A stretch of 64,000 nucleotides of DNA from an uncultured Gammaproteobacteria bacterium (GTDB lineage Bacteria; Pseudomonadota; Gammaproteobacteria; Natronospirales; JAIVGZ01), in assembly GCA_964402835.1 (NCBI GenBank), contig CAYODZ010000187.1, positions 3,461 through 67,460 on the forward strand. Direction: 5' to 3'. Of this stretch, positions 17,961 through 27,309 are shown in pieces (the first letter of the stretch is position 1; every line of letters starts with the position of its first letter). A program made the position numbers and the translations under genes. Below the pieces are notes generated by a model, which did no database searches, was not told the origin of the DNA, and saw only the letters and a list, made by a program, of their open reading frames with translations.

Positions 17961-19238
17961 TCACTTCGAGGTACGCAGCCCCGGCCGGGTCGTGGTATCG
18001 GACCGAGGCTGGACGCCGGCACGCACCGCAGGCAGGCGCTCAACGCCGGTGTCATCACCGAGCGCCGTGAGCAATCCGCGGCGGGTCGCCTCGCTCGCGC
18101 CTTCCGGTTCACCGGTGTGCTGCAAGAGTTTCGCGAGTTCGTGCCAGGTGTCGGCGCGCGGGGTTCCTGCGAGGCTCGATTCGAGGTAGCTACGCGCTTT
18201 GCCCCACAGACCGCTACGCATGCACAAGCGCCCGCAGGTCAATAGCAGCACGGGCGTGTCGCCGCGCTCGCGCAGCCACGCTTCGGCGCGCGCGAGTTGC
18301 TTCGAAGGATCGGTGGTCCGCAGCTGGCCGTACTGCAGGACAAGGTCGTCGTCCCAGCGCTGCCTCAATACAGAACGCAATAGGACTTCGGCATCATCGC
18401 CTCGCCCCGATGCGTTGAGCGTCGCCGCGTACGGCGCGACCAATTCAGGCGCTTGGCGTAGCGCACGCGGCAGTTCTTCCCAGAGCACTCCGGCTTGTTC
18501 GACATCGCCACGATCGGTCGCGGCCGCAAGGCGAACGCGATAGATGCGCGTGATGAGTGCGTCCAGCTCGGCATCTGTGAATGCATCGTGCCGCTTCAGA
18601 TCCGGCAACAACGCGTGCAACCCATCCCATTCTCCGCGGCGCTCGTGGAGCATCGCGAGCAAACGCAGTGCGAACGCATGATTTGGCGCGAGTTCACGCA
18701 GGCGGTTGAGCGTCGCAAGCGCGCGCTCATATTGCGCGTCGGCGAGTTGTAGCTCCGCTTGCGTCAAGAGCACCGCGATTGTCGCGGCGGGCGTCGTCTC
18801 GTAGGCGAGTTTTAAATGGTTGTCGCGCCGGTCGTGCTCACCTTGTAATTGGGCGGCGCGCGCTGCAACAAGGTAATGCGGCAGCGGTGTCGGCGAGTGG
18901 CGTGCATAGCGGAGCAGTGAGCGCTCCCCTTCGCGCCAGCGACCTTCGGCGAGCTCGATCAATCCACGCGTCAGTGACAGCTGCGCCTTCCGTAGACGCT
19001 GCCGTCGGCGCATGGCGCGAAGCCGTGACGGCAGGCGCCAAGTACCAACGACGAGCCGCAACACCGCCCATGTCACCGAAAACAGGATGGCCGTCAACAA
19101 CGCGAGCATCGCGAGCGACATCTCGACGGTTGTTTCGCCCCAGGCCAGCAGCGCGTAACCGTTGTCCGCGCGCAGGCCGACCGCGACCGCGATGGCGATA
19201 AACAGGACGGCCAGCAAGGCGACCGCGTAGCGCATCAC
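17961..19238 (-). CDS. hemY: HemY-like heme-biosynthesis-associated TPR membrane protein
   Basis: 425 aa with two N-terminal TM helices, then a HemY_N-like segment (RLRKAQLSLTRGLIELAEGRW) and TPR repeats. It follows hemD/hemX. The start is GTG 19238 or ATG 19235. Confidence 0.75.
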   Translation of the reverse strand: MMRYAVALLAVLFIAIAVAVGLRADNGYALLAWGETTVEMSLAMLALLTAILFSVTWAVLRLVVGTWRLPSRLRAMRRRQRLRKAQLSLTRGLIELAEGRWREGERSLLRYARHSPTPLPHYLVAARAAQLQGEHDRRDNHLKLAYETTPAATIAVLLTQAELQLADAQYERALATLNRLRELAPNHAFALRLLAMLHERRGEWDGLHALLPDLKRHDAFTDAELDALITRIYRVRLAAATDRGDVEQAGVLWEELPRALRQAPELVAPYAATLNASGRGDDAEVLLRSVLRQRWDDDLVLQYGQLRTTDPSKQLARAEAWLRERGDTPVLLLTCGRLCMRSGLWGKARSYLESSLAGTPRADTWHELAKLLQHTGEPEGASEATRRGLLTALGDDTGVERLPAVRAGVQPRSDTTTRPGLRTSK

Positions 19239-21019
19239 GGTGCGCCCGTGCGGCCGTCAGCGCCGCGCAACAAACGCAGGGCACCGGTGATGTCGGGCAA
19301 CGGCGGGTTCAGTCGCTGGCCTTCGAGTGCATTGAGTTCGCCGAGCATCGCTTGCACGGTCGGGTCGCTGGTGTCGTACCAGCGCGCAATCCACGCCTGC
19401 GCACTTCGTACGCTGTCGCGGAAAGCATCGCCGTCGCGGCGAAGCGCTGCGACGCGTGCACCCTCGAGTTTGAGCTGGGCGTTCAGATGGACGAAGTACT
19501 CCTCGCTTGGCGCGAGCAACAATTGCTCGGGACGCCCTTCGCGACGAATCGTGACCATTGACTTGAAGCTTTCGCGGATGCGCCGCCAGAGGCCGCTCCA
19601 GTCCACGCCCGCGAACCCGGGCTCGGCCTCGCGCGGCGTCTTTCGGCGCAAAGGCTCTGGCTGTACCAGCGGCAGGCGGTCGATGGCGTTCGCAATACCG
19701 TCAACCGTGAGCATGATGCCGCCGATGTCCGGCATCGAGACCTGCTCGAGCGCGGCGATATCCTGCCTGAGGCGATCGACAACCCGTGCGTAGGCGGGGT
19801 CCGCAAAGTCGCTCAGTCTGCGCTCCGCCGCGCGCAACGCGGCGAGCGCGCCGCCGGGGTCGCGTTCGACCTCGAGGTGCTGCGCCGCCATACGGAGCAC
19901 ATACTCGACTTCTGTCCGGACCCACGAGCCCCGCGCGCCTTCGGCCTGCGAGCGTAGGTATTCGATGCTATCCGCGAGTTGCTGGTTCCGGCGCTCGAAC
20001 TCGGAGATTCGTCGAACAAGGTTCTCTGCGTAATCATTGGCGCGGCGCTCCGATGCCTGCGACATGTCACGCATTTCGAAACGGACGTCGCTGATGCGGT
20101 CCTTGAGTTTCTCGCGCTCTTTTTCGAGATAAATGCCGCCGGCGAGCGCAATCGCCGCAATCACGGCGGCGGCCCACGCGACGGTCGTCGTCGTTGGGTC
20201 GCGGCGCAGCGGCGCCGGCTTCGCTTCAGTGGTTTCGTCGTTCATTGAATTCCGCCGATCTCCTGCCCAGCGAATGAGTGTGTCGACCAGCGCCTGGTCA
20301 CCGGGGGCAGCGGCGACAAGCGGCTTCTCGAAGCCGAGCGACTCGGCCAGTTTTACCATACGCGCGCTTGAAACGACCAGTTGCGACCGCAGCAGGCCGT
20401 TGCGCAGGTCGCCTTCGCAGAGGTCGAAAACGCCCTGGAGAGCCTGTGCGCTCGTCGCGAGCGTTGCGTGGATTCGGCCGCCCCGTAATGAGGCGGCGAC
20501 CTCGCCACTCGGCGGCGCGGCGGGTTGGCGCCGATAGACCTCCGCGTATTCCACCGATGCACCGCGTTGCGTGAGCGTTTCGCCGAGCAGCTCACGCCCA
20601 CCGTCGCCCCGCAAGATGATGATGCGCGCACCCGAAACGTCGGAGAACGCGGGTAGGGCAAGTAGGGCTTCGCTGTCAAAGCCGCTCGCGGGCGCGATGA
20701 CCTCGGTCGCACCGGCGTCTTCGAGCGCACGCGTGGTCGCCGGCCCAACCGCGGCAACGCGCAGACCCGGCGGCAATGGTCCACCCCGAAGCTCAACGGT
20801 GCGCGCGACGGCATTCGTACTTACGAACACCGCAAAATCGAATTCCTCGAGTCCTTGCGCGACGGCCGCAGCGTGCGCGACATCGGTCGGTTCGTCGATA
20901 ACGAGCGCCGGTAGGCGCAGTGCGCTGCCGCCTTCGCGTTCGATCATTTCGCACAACGCGTCGGCTTGATGCGCCGGCCGCGTGACGAGCACCGTGATGC
21001 CTGCGAGTGGTGCAGTCAT
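19235..21019 (-). CDS. hemD: fused uroporphyrinogen-III synthase HemD / membrane protein HemX
   Basis: A single 594-aa ORF. Residues 1 to ~255 are HemD-like (ITVLVTRPAHQADAL...). From MNDETTEAK onward it is HemX-like (TM helix plus long coiled coil). There is no stop codon between the two parts. Confidence 0.75.
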   Translation of the reverse strand: MTAPLAGITVLVTRPAHQADALCEMIEREGGSALRLPALVIDEPTDVAHAAAVAQGLEEFDFAVFVSTNAVARTVELRGGPLPPGLRVAAVGPATTRALEDAGATEVIAPASGFDSEALLALPAFSDVSGARIIILRGDGGRELLGETLTQRGASVEYAEVYRRQPAAPPSGEVAASLRGGRIHATLATSAQALQGVFDLCEGDLRNGLLRSQLVVSSARMVKLAESLGFEKPLVAAAPGDQALVDTLIRWAGDRRNSMNDETTEAKPAPLRRDPTTTTVAWAAAVIAAIALAGGIYLEKEREKLKDRISDVRFEMRDMSQASERRANDYAENLVRRISEFERRNQQLADSIEYLRSQAEGARGSWVRTEVEYVLRMAAQHLEVERDPGGALAALRAAERRLSDFADPAYARVVDRLRQDIAALEQVSMPDIGGIMLTVDGIANAIDRLPLVQPEPLRRKTPREAEPGFAGVDWSGLWRRIRESFKSMVTIRREGRPEQLLLAPSEEYFVHLNAQLKLEGARVAALRRDGDAFRDSVRSAQAWIARWYDTSDPTVQAMLGELNALEGQRLNPPLPDITGALRLLRGADGRTGAP

Positions 21020-21945
21020 CGTTGAGCCGCTGCCGCAAGAATCGCGGCAGCGCCTTGTGAGAGTAACGACTCGGCCACGCGCTCACCGAGCACGACGGGT
21101 TCGCTAGAAGGGCCCGTTGCCACCGCTTCGAGCAAAGTCACGCCATCGGGGCTCCCGACCCGCGCAAGCAGCGTCAGCGCGTCACCGTCATGCGTTGCGT
21201 ACGCGGCGACCGGCGCCTGACAACTGCCATGCAGCGTGCGGTTTACCGTGCGCTCGGCGCTGACACGTTCCCGCGTTGGCGCATGTTCGAGCGCCGTGAC
21301 CAACGCTTGGGTGTCCGCATCATCGGCGCGACACTCGATGGCGAGCACGCCTTGCCCGATCGCTGGCAGACACATGGCGGGGTCGATGCGCTCGCGCACG
21401 CGGTCCGCGAGCCCGAGTCGCTCGAGACCGGCCGCCGCGAGAATGATCGCGTCATAGTCGCCGGCATCGAGTTTTGCGAGCCTCGTGTTCACGTTGCCGC
21501 GCAGCCCGACGAACTCGAGTGCAGGAAAGCGATGACGCAACTGCGATTCCCGGCGCAGGCTCGAACTGCCGACGCGCGCGCCGGGCGGCAACGTTTCGAC
21601 CGAAGCGTGTTGATTGGAGACCAGCGCATCGAACGGGTCAGCGCCCTCGAGTACCGCCGCGAGCGACATCCCGTCCGGCAGCAGCGCGGGCATGTCCTTC
21701 AATGAATGAACTGCGAGGTCAGCGCGATCCTCGATCATCGCGTTCTCGAGCTCTTTCGTGAAGAGGCCCTTGCCGCCGATCAATGCCAGCGACCTATCGA
21801 GAATCTCATCTCCACGCGTTGATAGCGGTACCAGTTCGACGATTAGTCCCCGGTGCGCGGCGCGCAATGCCGCCGCGACGTGTTCGGCCTGCCATAGCGC
21901 GAGTGCGCTGCGGCGCGTTGCGATTCGGAGCCGGTCAATGGCCAC
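21016..21945 (-). CDS. hemC: hydroxymethylbilane synthase
   Basis: ORF 21016..21972. I prefer GTG 21945 (GGAGG 7 nt upstream; VAIDRLRIATRRSALALWQA matches the E. coli N-terminal spacing), though ATG 21972 is possible. Motifs: SLRGNVNTRLAKL, AVGQGVLAIE. Confidence 0.9.
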   Translation of the reverse strand: MAIDRLRIATRRSALALWQAEHVAAALRAAHRGLIVELVPLSTRGDEILDRSLALIGGKGLFTKELENAMIEDRADLAVHSLKDMPALLPDGMSLAAVLEGADPFDALVSNQHASVETLPPGARVGSSSLRRESQLRHRFPALEFVGLRGNVNTRLAKLDAGDYDAIILAAAGLERLGLADRVRERIDPAMCLPAIGQGVLAIECRADDADTQALVTALEHAPTRERVSAERTVNRTLHGSCQAPVAAYATHDGDALTLLARVGSPDGVTLLEAVATGPSSEPVVLGERVAESLLSQGAAAILAAAAQR

Positions 21946-22642
21946 GTAGAAACCTCCGCAGCGCCGGCGCATGGCGGCGACTCACGTCAATGGGTGCGTC
22001 CATCCCCGCCAGCGTGACCCGCTCGCCGTCGAATGACTCGACGTGCTCGGCCGCCACCAGCGTATTACGGTGCACGCGGATGAAGGCACCCGCGAATTCG
22101 TGTTCGAGTTCTTTCAAGGTCTCATTCAACACCAGCTCACCATCTGGGTACCGTGCGACGACGTACTTGCTGTCCGCGGAAAAAGCGCGCACCCGCGCGA
22201 CCGGCACCAACTGTAATCGCTCGCCGATGCGTGCGGCCAAATGACGCCGCGCCGCGCCGGCGTTCAACGCACCCAGTTGCGCGCGGCTTGGTCGGCATGC
22301 ACGTTGGAGCGCCGCTTCAAGCCGGTCACCGCGTACTGGTTTGAGCAGGTATGCAACCGCGTTCGCATCGAACGCCGCGAGTGCGTATTCGTCGTACGCC
22401 GTCGTAAAGATTACCGCAGGTGGCGTGTCGAGCGCTGCGAGGTGGCGAGCGGCTTCCATGCCGTCCATGCGCGGCATGCGTACGTCGAGCAGCACGACAT
22501 CTGGATTTACTGAGGCAACCTGGGTGAGCGCGTCAATTCCGTCCGCGGCTTCGCCAGCGACCTCCCATCCGTCCAGCGCCTCGACGAGCCGCGCGAGTCG
22601 CGCGCGCGCCGGGGCCTCGTCGTCGACGATCAGTGCCCGCAT
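21935..22642 (-). CDS. algR: LytTR-family two-component response regulator (AlgR-like)
   Basis: REC domain (MRALIVDDEAPAR...LDVRMPRMDG) plus a C-terminal LytTR DNA-binding domain. Its position upstream of hemC matches Pseudomonas. Confidence 0.82.
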   Translation of the reverse strand: MRALIVDDEAPARARLARLVEALDGWEVAGEAADGIDALTQVASVNPDVVLLDVRMPRMDGMEAARHLAALDTPPAVIFTTAYDEYALAAFDANAVAYLLKPVRGDRLEAALQRACRPSRAQLGALNAGAARRHLAARIGERLQLVPVARVRAFSADSKYVVARYPDGELVLNETLKELEHEFAGAFIRVHRNTLVAAEHVESFDGERVTLAGMDAPIDVSRRHAPALRRFLRGH

Positions 22643-23715
22643 GGAAATCTCACCGTGACCACGAATTCGTCGTCGTGGTCTTCAAACTCGAGCGATCCGT
22701 CACCGGGAAATGCGAGCTGCAGCCGCTCGCGTACATTGTCGAGTGCGATACGCAAGCCATGTCGCGGTGTCGTGCGAGCCGGGGCCATCGGATTGCGGAC
22801 CTCGATTTCTGCGCAGTCCCCATCGAGGCGCCCTGTGACGGTGACTGTCGCGCCGTCACTCGCGAGCTCGACGCCGTGGTAAATCGCATTCTCGATCAAT
22901 GGTTGCAGAATCAAACCGGGCACGGGCGTGTCTTTGGGTAGATCCGCGATTCGCCAGTCGACATGAAGGCGCTCGCCGAGCCGCAGCTTTTCGATGCGCA
23001 CATAGCGCTGGCAAAGCTCGAGTTCGTCCGCGAGCGTGACGTGCACGTCGCCCTCCGCAAGGCTCGCACGGAACAGGTCGGACAGGTCCTCGGTCGCTTG
23101 CTCGGCGGCGGCCGGGTCGCTGCGCGTGAGCGCCGCGATGGTGTTCATGCTGTTGAATAGGAAATGGGGTCGGATGCGTGCTTGTAGCGCCGCGAAGCGC
23201 GTCGCCGCTTCCGCGCGTACACGCTCGCGCCACTGATGCCGGACCCACAGATAACGCAGGACGAGCGCGCCGATGATCAGCGACAGCCCAAAGGTGCGCA
23301 ACATGAACTCCGCGTGGCCGGACGGAATCAGCGTTGTCCCGATGCCGGTCGTATGCGCGGTCCACCATGCGAGTTCCGCGAACCCAGCGGCGACGAGCGC
23401 GAGCAGCGCGAGCGCGTACACGGCTGCACGACCCGGCGCCAGCGTCGCGAGCCAGCGGCGGCTCAGGCATAGCGCGCCCGCGCTGAGCAGCGCAATCCAC
23501 TGCAAGAACAGCGAAAGGCGCAACAGGTCGAACCAGGGTTCCGCGCCGCTCGGGCGTGCGAGTGTCAGGACGAATGCGGTCAGCTGCGCCACCACCACGA
23601 CCGTGACCACATTACGCGCGGTACACAGGTCGGGCAGGAAGAAGCGGTCGATGCCCGCGTTATCCGCTTTCAAACATCGCCTTCTTGAGTCTGAACAGCG
23701 ACGAGACGTCCTCAT
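22630..23715 (-). CDS. algZ: LytS/AlgZ(FimS)-type sensor histidine kinase
   Basis: Multi-TM N-terminal half, then a His_kinase motif (RIRPHFLFNSMNTIAAL) and an HATPase part (LILQPLIENAIYHG). The start is uncertain: ATG 23715 (56-nt overlap with the upstream gene) or TTG 23673. Confidence 0.8.
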   Translation of the reverse strand: MRTSRRCSDSRRRCLKADNAGIDRFFLPDLCTARNVVTVVVVAQLTAFVLTLARPSGAEPWFDLLRLSLFLQWIALLSAGALCLSRRWLATLAPGRAAVYALALLALVAAGFAELAWWTAHTTGIGTTLIPSGHAEFMLRTFGLSLIIGALVLRYLWVRHQWRERVRAEAATRFAALQARIRPHFLFNSMNTIAALTRSDPAAAEQATEDLSDLFRASLAEGDVHVTLADELELCQRYVRIEKLRLGERLHVDWRIADLPKDTPVPGLILQPLIENAIYHGVELASDGATVTVTGRLDGDCAEIEVRNPMAPARTTPRHGLRIALDNVRERLQLAFPGDGSLEFEDHDDEFVVTVRFPCGH

Positions 23716-24544
23716 CGCCGTGGCCGGCCTCTATCAGGCGCCGGTAATGAATGGTGGTCATCTCGACAATCGGAAGTTGGACGCCGTGGTCAGCGGCCAT
23801 CGCACGACAGATCTCGAGATCCTTCTGGTGCAGACGGACGCGGAATCCGAGTGGAAACGACATACGCGCCATGTTCGGGCCGCGGTTCGCGAGGAACCAA
23901 GATTGGGCGGCGCCGCCGCCAACCGCATCAATCACGCGCGCTAGGTCGAGCCCATGCGCCTCGGCGAACGCGAGCGCTTCGGAGACGGCCTGGTTCACGC
24001 CAGCGACCGCAATCTGGTTCACGGCTTTCGTCGCCTGCCCGGCACCGTGCGGACCCATGTGCACGATGCGCTTGCCCATTGCCTCAAGAACCGGCATTGC
24101 GCGGCCAAGCGTGGCTTCGTCGCCGCCAGCCATGATCGACAGCGTGCCGTTGACCGCGCCCTCGGTGCCACCGGAGACCGGGCAATCGAGGAATGCGGCC
24201 CCGACTTTCGAGAGTCGCTGCGCGGCGTCGCGCGCGGTATTTGCGGCGACAGTCGAGCAATCGATGACGATGGCTTCAGGTTTTAACGCAGGGGCGAGCG
24301 CATCCACCATCGCGAGCACGTCGTCGTCCGCAGACACGCACAGCACGATGACGTCGCACTGGGCCGCGAGTTCGGCGGGCGTCGCCGCGACCGCGCAGCC
24401 GAGCTCGTCGCCGAGCGCGGTCGCGGTAGAAAGCGTCCGGTTGTAGACCGCGGCCAGCAGGCCGGCCTTCGCGAGGTTGCGCGCCATCGGTGCGCCCATC
24501 GCACCGAGCCCGGCGAAACCCGCGCGCAACGACTCAGTCTTCAA
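23660..24544 (-). CDS. NAD(P)-dependent oxidoreductase, 3-hydroxyisobutyrate dehydrogenase/6-phosphogluconate dehydrogenase-like family
   Basis: TTG start. Rossmann motif (GFAGLGAMGAPMARNL) and family pattern (DCPVSGG...A..G.L). Confidence 0.8.
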   Translation of the reverse strand: MKTESLRAGFAGLGAMGAPMARNLAKAGLLAAVYNRTLSTATALGDELGCAVAATPAELAAQCDVIVLCVSADDDVLAMVDALAPALKPEAIVIDCSTVAANTARDAAQRLSKVGAAFLDCPVSGGTEGAVNGTLSIMAGGDEATLGRAMPVLEAMGKRIVHMGPHGAGQATKAVNQIAVAGVNQAVSEALAFAEAHGLDLARVIDAVGGGAAQSWFLANRGPNMARMSFPLGFRVRLHQKDLEICRAMAADHGVQLPIVEMTTIHYRRLIEAGHGDEDVSSLFRLKKAMFESG

Positions 24545-26429
24545 GGTAGGTATACCCCTTCAGGCCTTCCTCGAGTTCGTGCATGTGCGATGCGCGCTGC
24601 GCGTCGCTGAGGTCGGCCGCGGCGATCTTCTCGCGGTACATCTTAAGGAGCTCTTCTGGCTCGAAGTGCACATACCGCAGGACATCGGACGCGACGTCAC
24701 CTTGTTCCGGCTTCACCAGCCGATAGCCGCCATCGTCGGTGAGCTCGACGTTCACGGAGTCGGTGTCACCGAACAGGTTGTGCATGTCGCCGAGGATTTC
24801 CTGATACGCGCCGACCATGAAGAAGCCGAGCAGATACGGCGTGCCACGCTCGATGCCGTGCACCGGCATGGTTGCCTCGACGCCCTCGTTGTCGACGTAC
24901 CATTCGATGCGTCCGTCCGAATCGCAGGTCAGATCTTGCAGTACGGCACGCCGGTCGGGAATTTCGTGCAAGCGGTGCAGTGGGATGATCGGGAACAGCT
25001 GGTCAATCGCCCACACGTCAGGCAGTGATTGGAACACCGACAGGTTGATGAAGTACTTGTCCGCGAGCTTTTCATTCAGTTCGTCGAGCACGAGCCGGTG
25101 CGCCTTGCTCGTCGGCGCCAGCAGTTTGCGCACGCGCTGACAGATTGCGTAGTAGAGCTGTTCGACGCGAGCGCGTTGCTCGAGCGTCAAAACGCCGTGC
25201 GTGTACATCGTTTGGCCTTCGCCGGCCCAGTAATGCGCTTCGTGGTAAATCTCCAGTGCCGACTTCCGGTCGATCGCCTGATACACCTCCCACAAATCCA
25301 TGAGGATCAGTGGATCGTCCTCAGTGGGCTCGGCCGGGACGAGGTCGGGGGCCGACTCGACGTCAATGACGTTCGTGAGCAGCACCGCGTGATGCGCAGT
25401 CATCGCGCGCCCCGATTCCGTGATGATGTCCGGGTGCGGAAGCTCGAACTCGACGCAGATTTCGTACAGCGTACGCACGACGGTCAGCGCGTACTGCTCA
25501 ATCGTGTAGTTCGTTGAGCAGTCGCTCCGTGAGCGGCTGCCTTCGTAGTCGACACCGAGGCCGCCGCCGACGTCCATCACCTTCACAGGGACGCCGAGCG
25601 CCTGTAGCTCCTGATAATGACGCGCCGCTTCGCGCATGCCGCGCTGGATGTCGCGGATGTTCGCGATCTGGGAACCAAGGTGGAAATGCAGCAGCTGCAG
25701 GCAATGTTCCTTACCAGCAGACTTCAGTCGGTTCACTGCGTCGAGTACCTGCGTCGCGCTGAGACCGAACTTCGATTTCTCTCCGCCGGTGGTCTGCCAC
25801 TTGCCCGCACCCATGCTCGCAAGCCGGATACGAATCCCGATGAGCGGGTCGACCCCAAGCGCGTCGGCTTCGCGTAGCAGTACGTCGAGCTCCGACAGCT
25901 TTTCGACCACGATGAATACACGATGACCTAGCTGGCGGCCAATCAGGGCGAGGCGCAGATATTCGCGGTCTTTGTAGCCGTTACAGACAATCGTGCTGCC
26001 GGCCGGCGCCATCGCGAGCACCGCCATCAATTCGGGTTTGCTACCCGCTTCGAGACCGACGCGACCGTTGCCGCCGTGATGGATGATTTCTTCAACGACG
26101 GAGCGTTGTTGGTTGACCTTGATCGGATACACGAGCGTGTAACCACCCGTATATTCGTAATCGTGGCGCGCTTTGTCGAATGCGCTGCAGACGACGTCAA
26201 TGCGGTCGTGCAGGATGTCACCGAATCGAAGCAACACCGGCAAGTTGAGGTTGTGCTTGCCGACATCGCTTGCGAGTTTGTACAAATCGACGGCGCCATC
26301 GTCAGGGTTACGGGTCGGGTAGACGACGAGGTTGCCGTCGTCGTTCACATCAAAGTAACCGTTGCCCCAGTGCGAGATGTTGTAGGTATCGCGGGCTTCC
26401 TGCGTCGTACGCGTATTCATCGGCACCAT
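24534..26429 (-). CDS. speA: biosynthetic arginine decarboxylase
   Basis: 631 aa, colinear with E. coli SpeA (YNISHWGNGYF, YPIKVNQ, GGGLGVDYEG, FFMVGAYQEILGDMHNLFGDT). An alternative ATG at 26420 would give an ATGA overlap. Confidence 0.95.
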   Translation of the reverse strand: MVPMNTRTTQEARDTYNISHWGNGYFDVNDDGNLVVYPTRNPDDGAVDLYKLASDVGKHNLNLPVLLRFGDILHDRIDVVCSAFDKARHDYEYTGGYTLVYPIKVNQQRSVVEEIIHHGGNGRVGLEAGSKPELMAVLAMAPAGSTIVCNGYKDREYLRLALIGRQLGHRVFIVVEKLSELDVLLREADALGVDPLIGIRIRLASMGAGKWQTTGGEKSKFGLSATQVLDAVNRLKSAGKEHCLQLLHFHLGSQIANIRDIQRGMREAARHYQELQALGVPVKVMDVGGGLGVDYEGSRSRSDCSTNYTIEQYALTVVRTLYEICVEFELPHPDIITESGRAMTAHHAVLLTNVIDVESAPDLVPAEPTEDDPLILMDLWEVYQAIDRKSALEIYHEAHYWAGEGQTMYTHGVLTLEQRARVEQLYYAICQRVRKLLAPTSKAHRLVLDELNEKLADKYFINLSVFQSLPDVWAIDQLFPIIPLHRLHEIPDRRAVLQDLTCDSDGRIEWYVDNEGVEATMPVHGIERGTPYLLGFFMVGAYQEILGDMHNLFGDTDSVNVELTDDGGYRLVKPEQGDVASDVLRYVHFEPEELLKMYREKIAAADLSDAQRASHMHELEEGLKGYTYLED

Positions 26430-26860
26430 TCTTCGACTTGTCTGCGGGCTTCGGCGAGCGCGGCGGCGCGCTCTTCCTCGTTATAGGTTCGGCGGTTGCC
26501 GTCGTCATCGACGCGTGAGAGTCGGCGCGCAGACTCGATGGTCGCGACGCGTTCGCGGGCCTGCACACACGCGCGCTCGACCGCGGCACGGTGGGCGACC
26601 TCGGCTTCCGCATCTTCGGCCGCGCCGGCCTCAGTCCGCTCGCGCAATTCGAGTTCTCGCTCGCGCGCAACCTGCTCGCGCAGCGTGGCCTCGAGGTCGG
26701 TTTCCTCGGACTTGATCGGCAGGAGCGTCGCTTCGGTCTCGGACGGTGGCGTATCGGAATAATGAACGCGCCCTTCGTCGTCGGTCCATTTGTAGACTTG
26801 CCCGACTGCGGGCGCAGCGAGCAGCGCGCCGCAGAGGACAGCGATGGCAAAGCGAATCAC
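26417..26860 (-). CDS. DUF4124 domain protein (exported)
   Basis: GTG start (GTGA overlap). Signal peptide, then the DUF4124 signature VYKWTDDEGRVHYSDTPP. The middle is acidic/Arg-rich coiled, with a C-terminal Cys pair. Confidence 0.65.
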   Translation of the reverse strand: MIRFAIAVLCGALLAAPAVGQVYKWTDDEGRVHYSDTPPSETEATLLPIKSEETDLEATLREQVARERELELRERTEAGAAEDAEAEVAHRAAVERACVQARERVATIESARRLSRVDDDGNRRTYNEEERAAALAEARRQVEEWCR

Positions 26861-27309
26861 GGCGCGGTTTCGGGGAATTCGGCGCAGTGCTCATCGACGG
26901 CCCGCTGCGCATTCGCCTTGACCTCGGCGGTCTCGTCTTCGTCCAGCACTCGGCGATTGCCGGTTGCGTCACGTTCGTACAAAAACTCAGAACGGCCGTA
27001 GGCAGCGACGGTCTCGCGGGCGAGTTCGCAATGGCGCAGCTGGATCGCGCGTCGCGCGGCTTCTTCGCCGTCCGTGTCGGCCTCGGCGAATGCCTCTGCG
27101 GTCTCTACGGCTTCGTTGTTCGCGGGCCGCTGCGCCTGCACCGTGCGTGCATCGACGCCCGGCGGCGGATGGTTACCGCACTCGGTCACGCCCTGGGCGT
27201 TTTTCCAGCAACGCGGCGCTTGCGCCCAAGCTGTTGCGGGCACGGCGAGGATCAGCACCACTATTAGATATCTCATCGTGAACCTCCGACTTTGGGGGCA
27301 GTTTATCAC
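26857..27309 (-). CDS. DUF4124-like exported protein, tandem paralog of 26417..26860
   Basis: Signal peptide MRYLIVVLILAVPATAWA. It has a degenerate DUF4124 motif with Cys (CWKNAQGVTECGNHPPP). Its C-terminal block aligns with the neighbour (GNRR..E.E......A...V.E.C). The start is GTG 27309 (GTGA overlap with fetB) or ATG 27276. Confidence 0.5.
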   Translation of the reverse strand: MINCPQSRRFTMRYLIVVLILAVPATAWAQAPRCWKNAQGVTECGNHPPPGVDARTVQAQRPANNEAVETAEAFAEADTDGEEAARRAIQLRHCELARETVAAYGRSEFLYERDATGNRRVLDEDETAEVKANAQRAVDEHCAEFPETAP

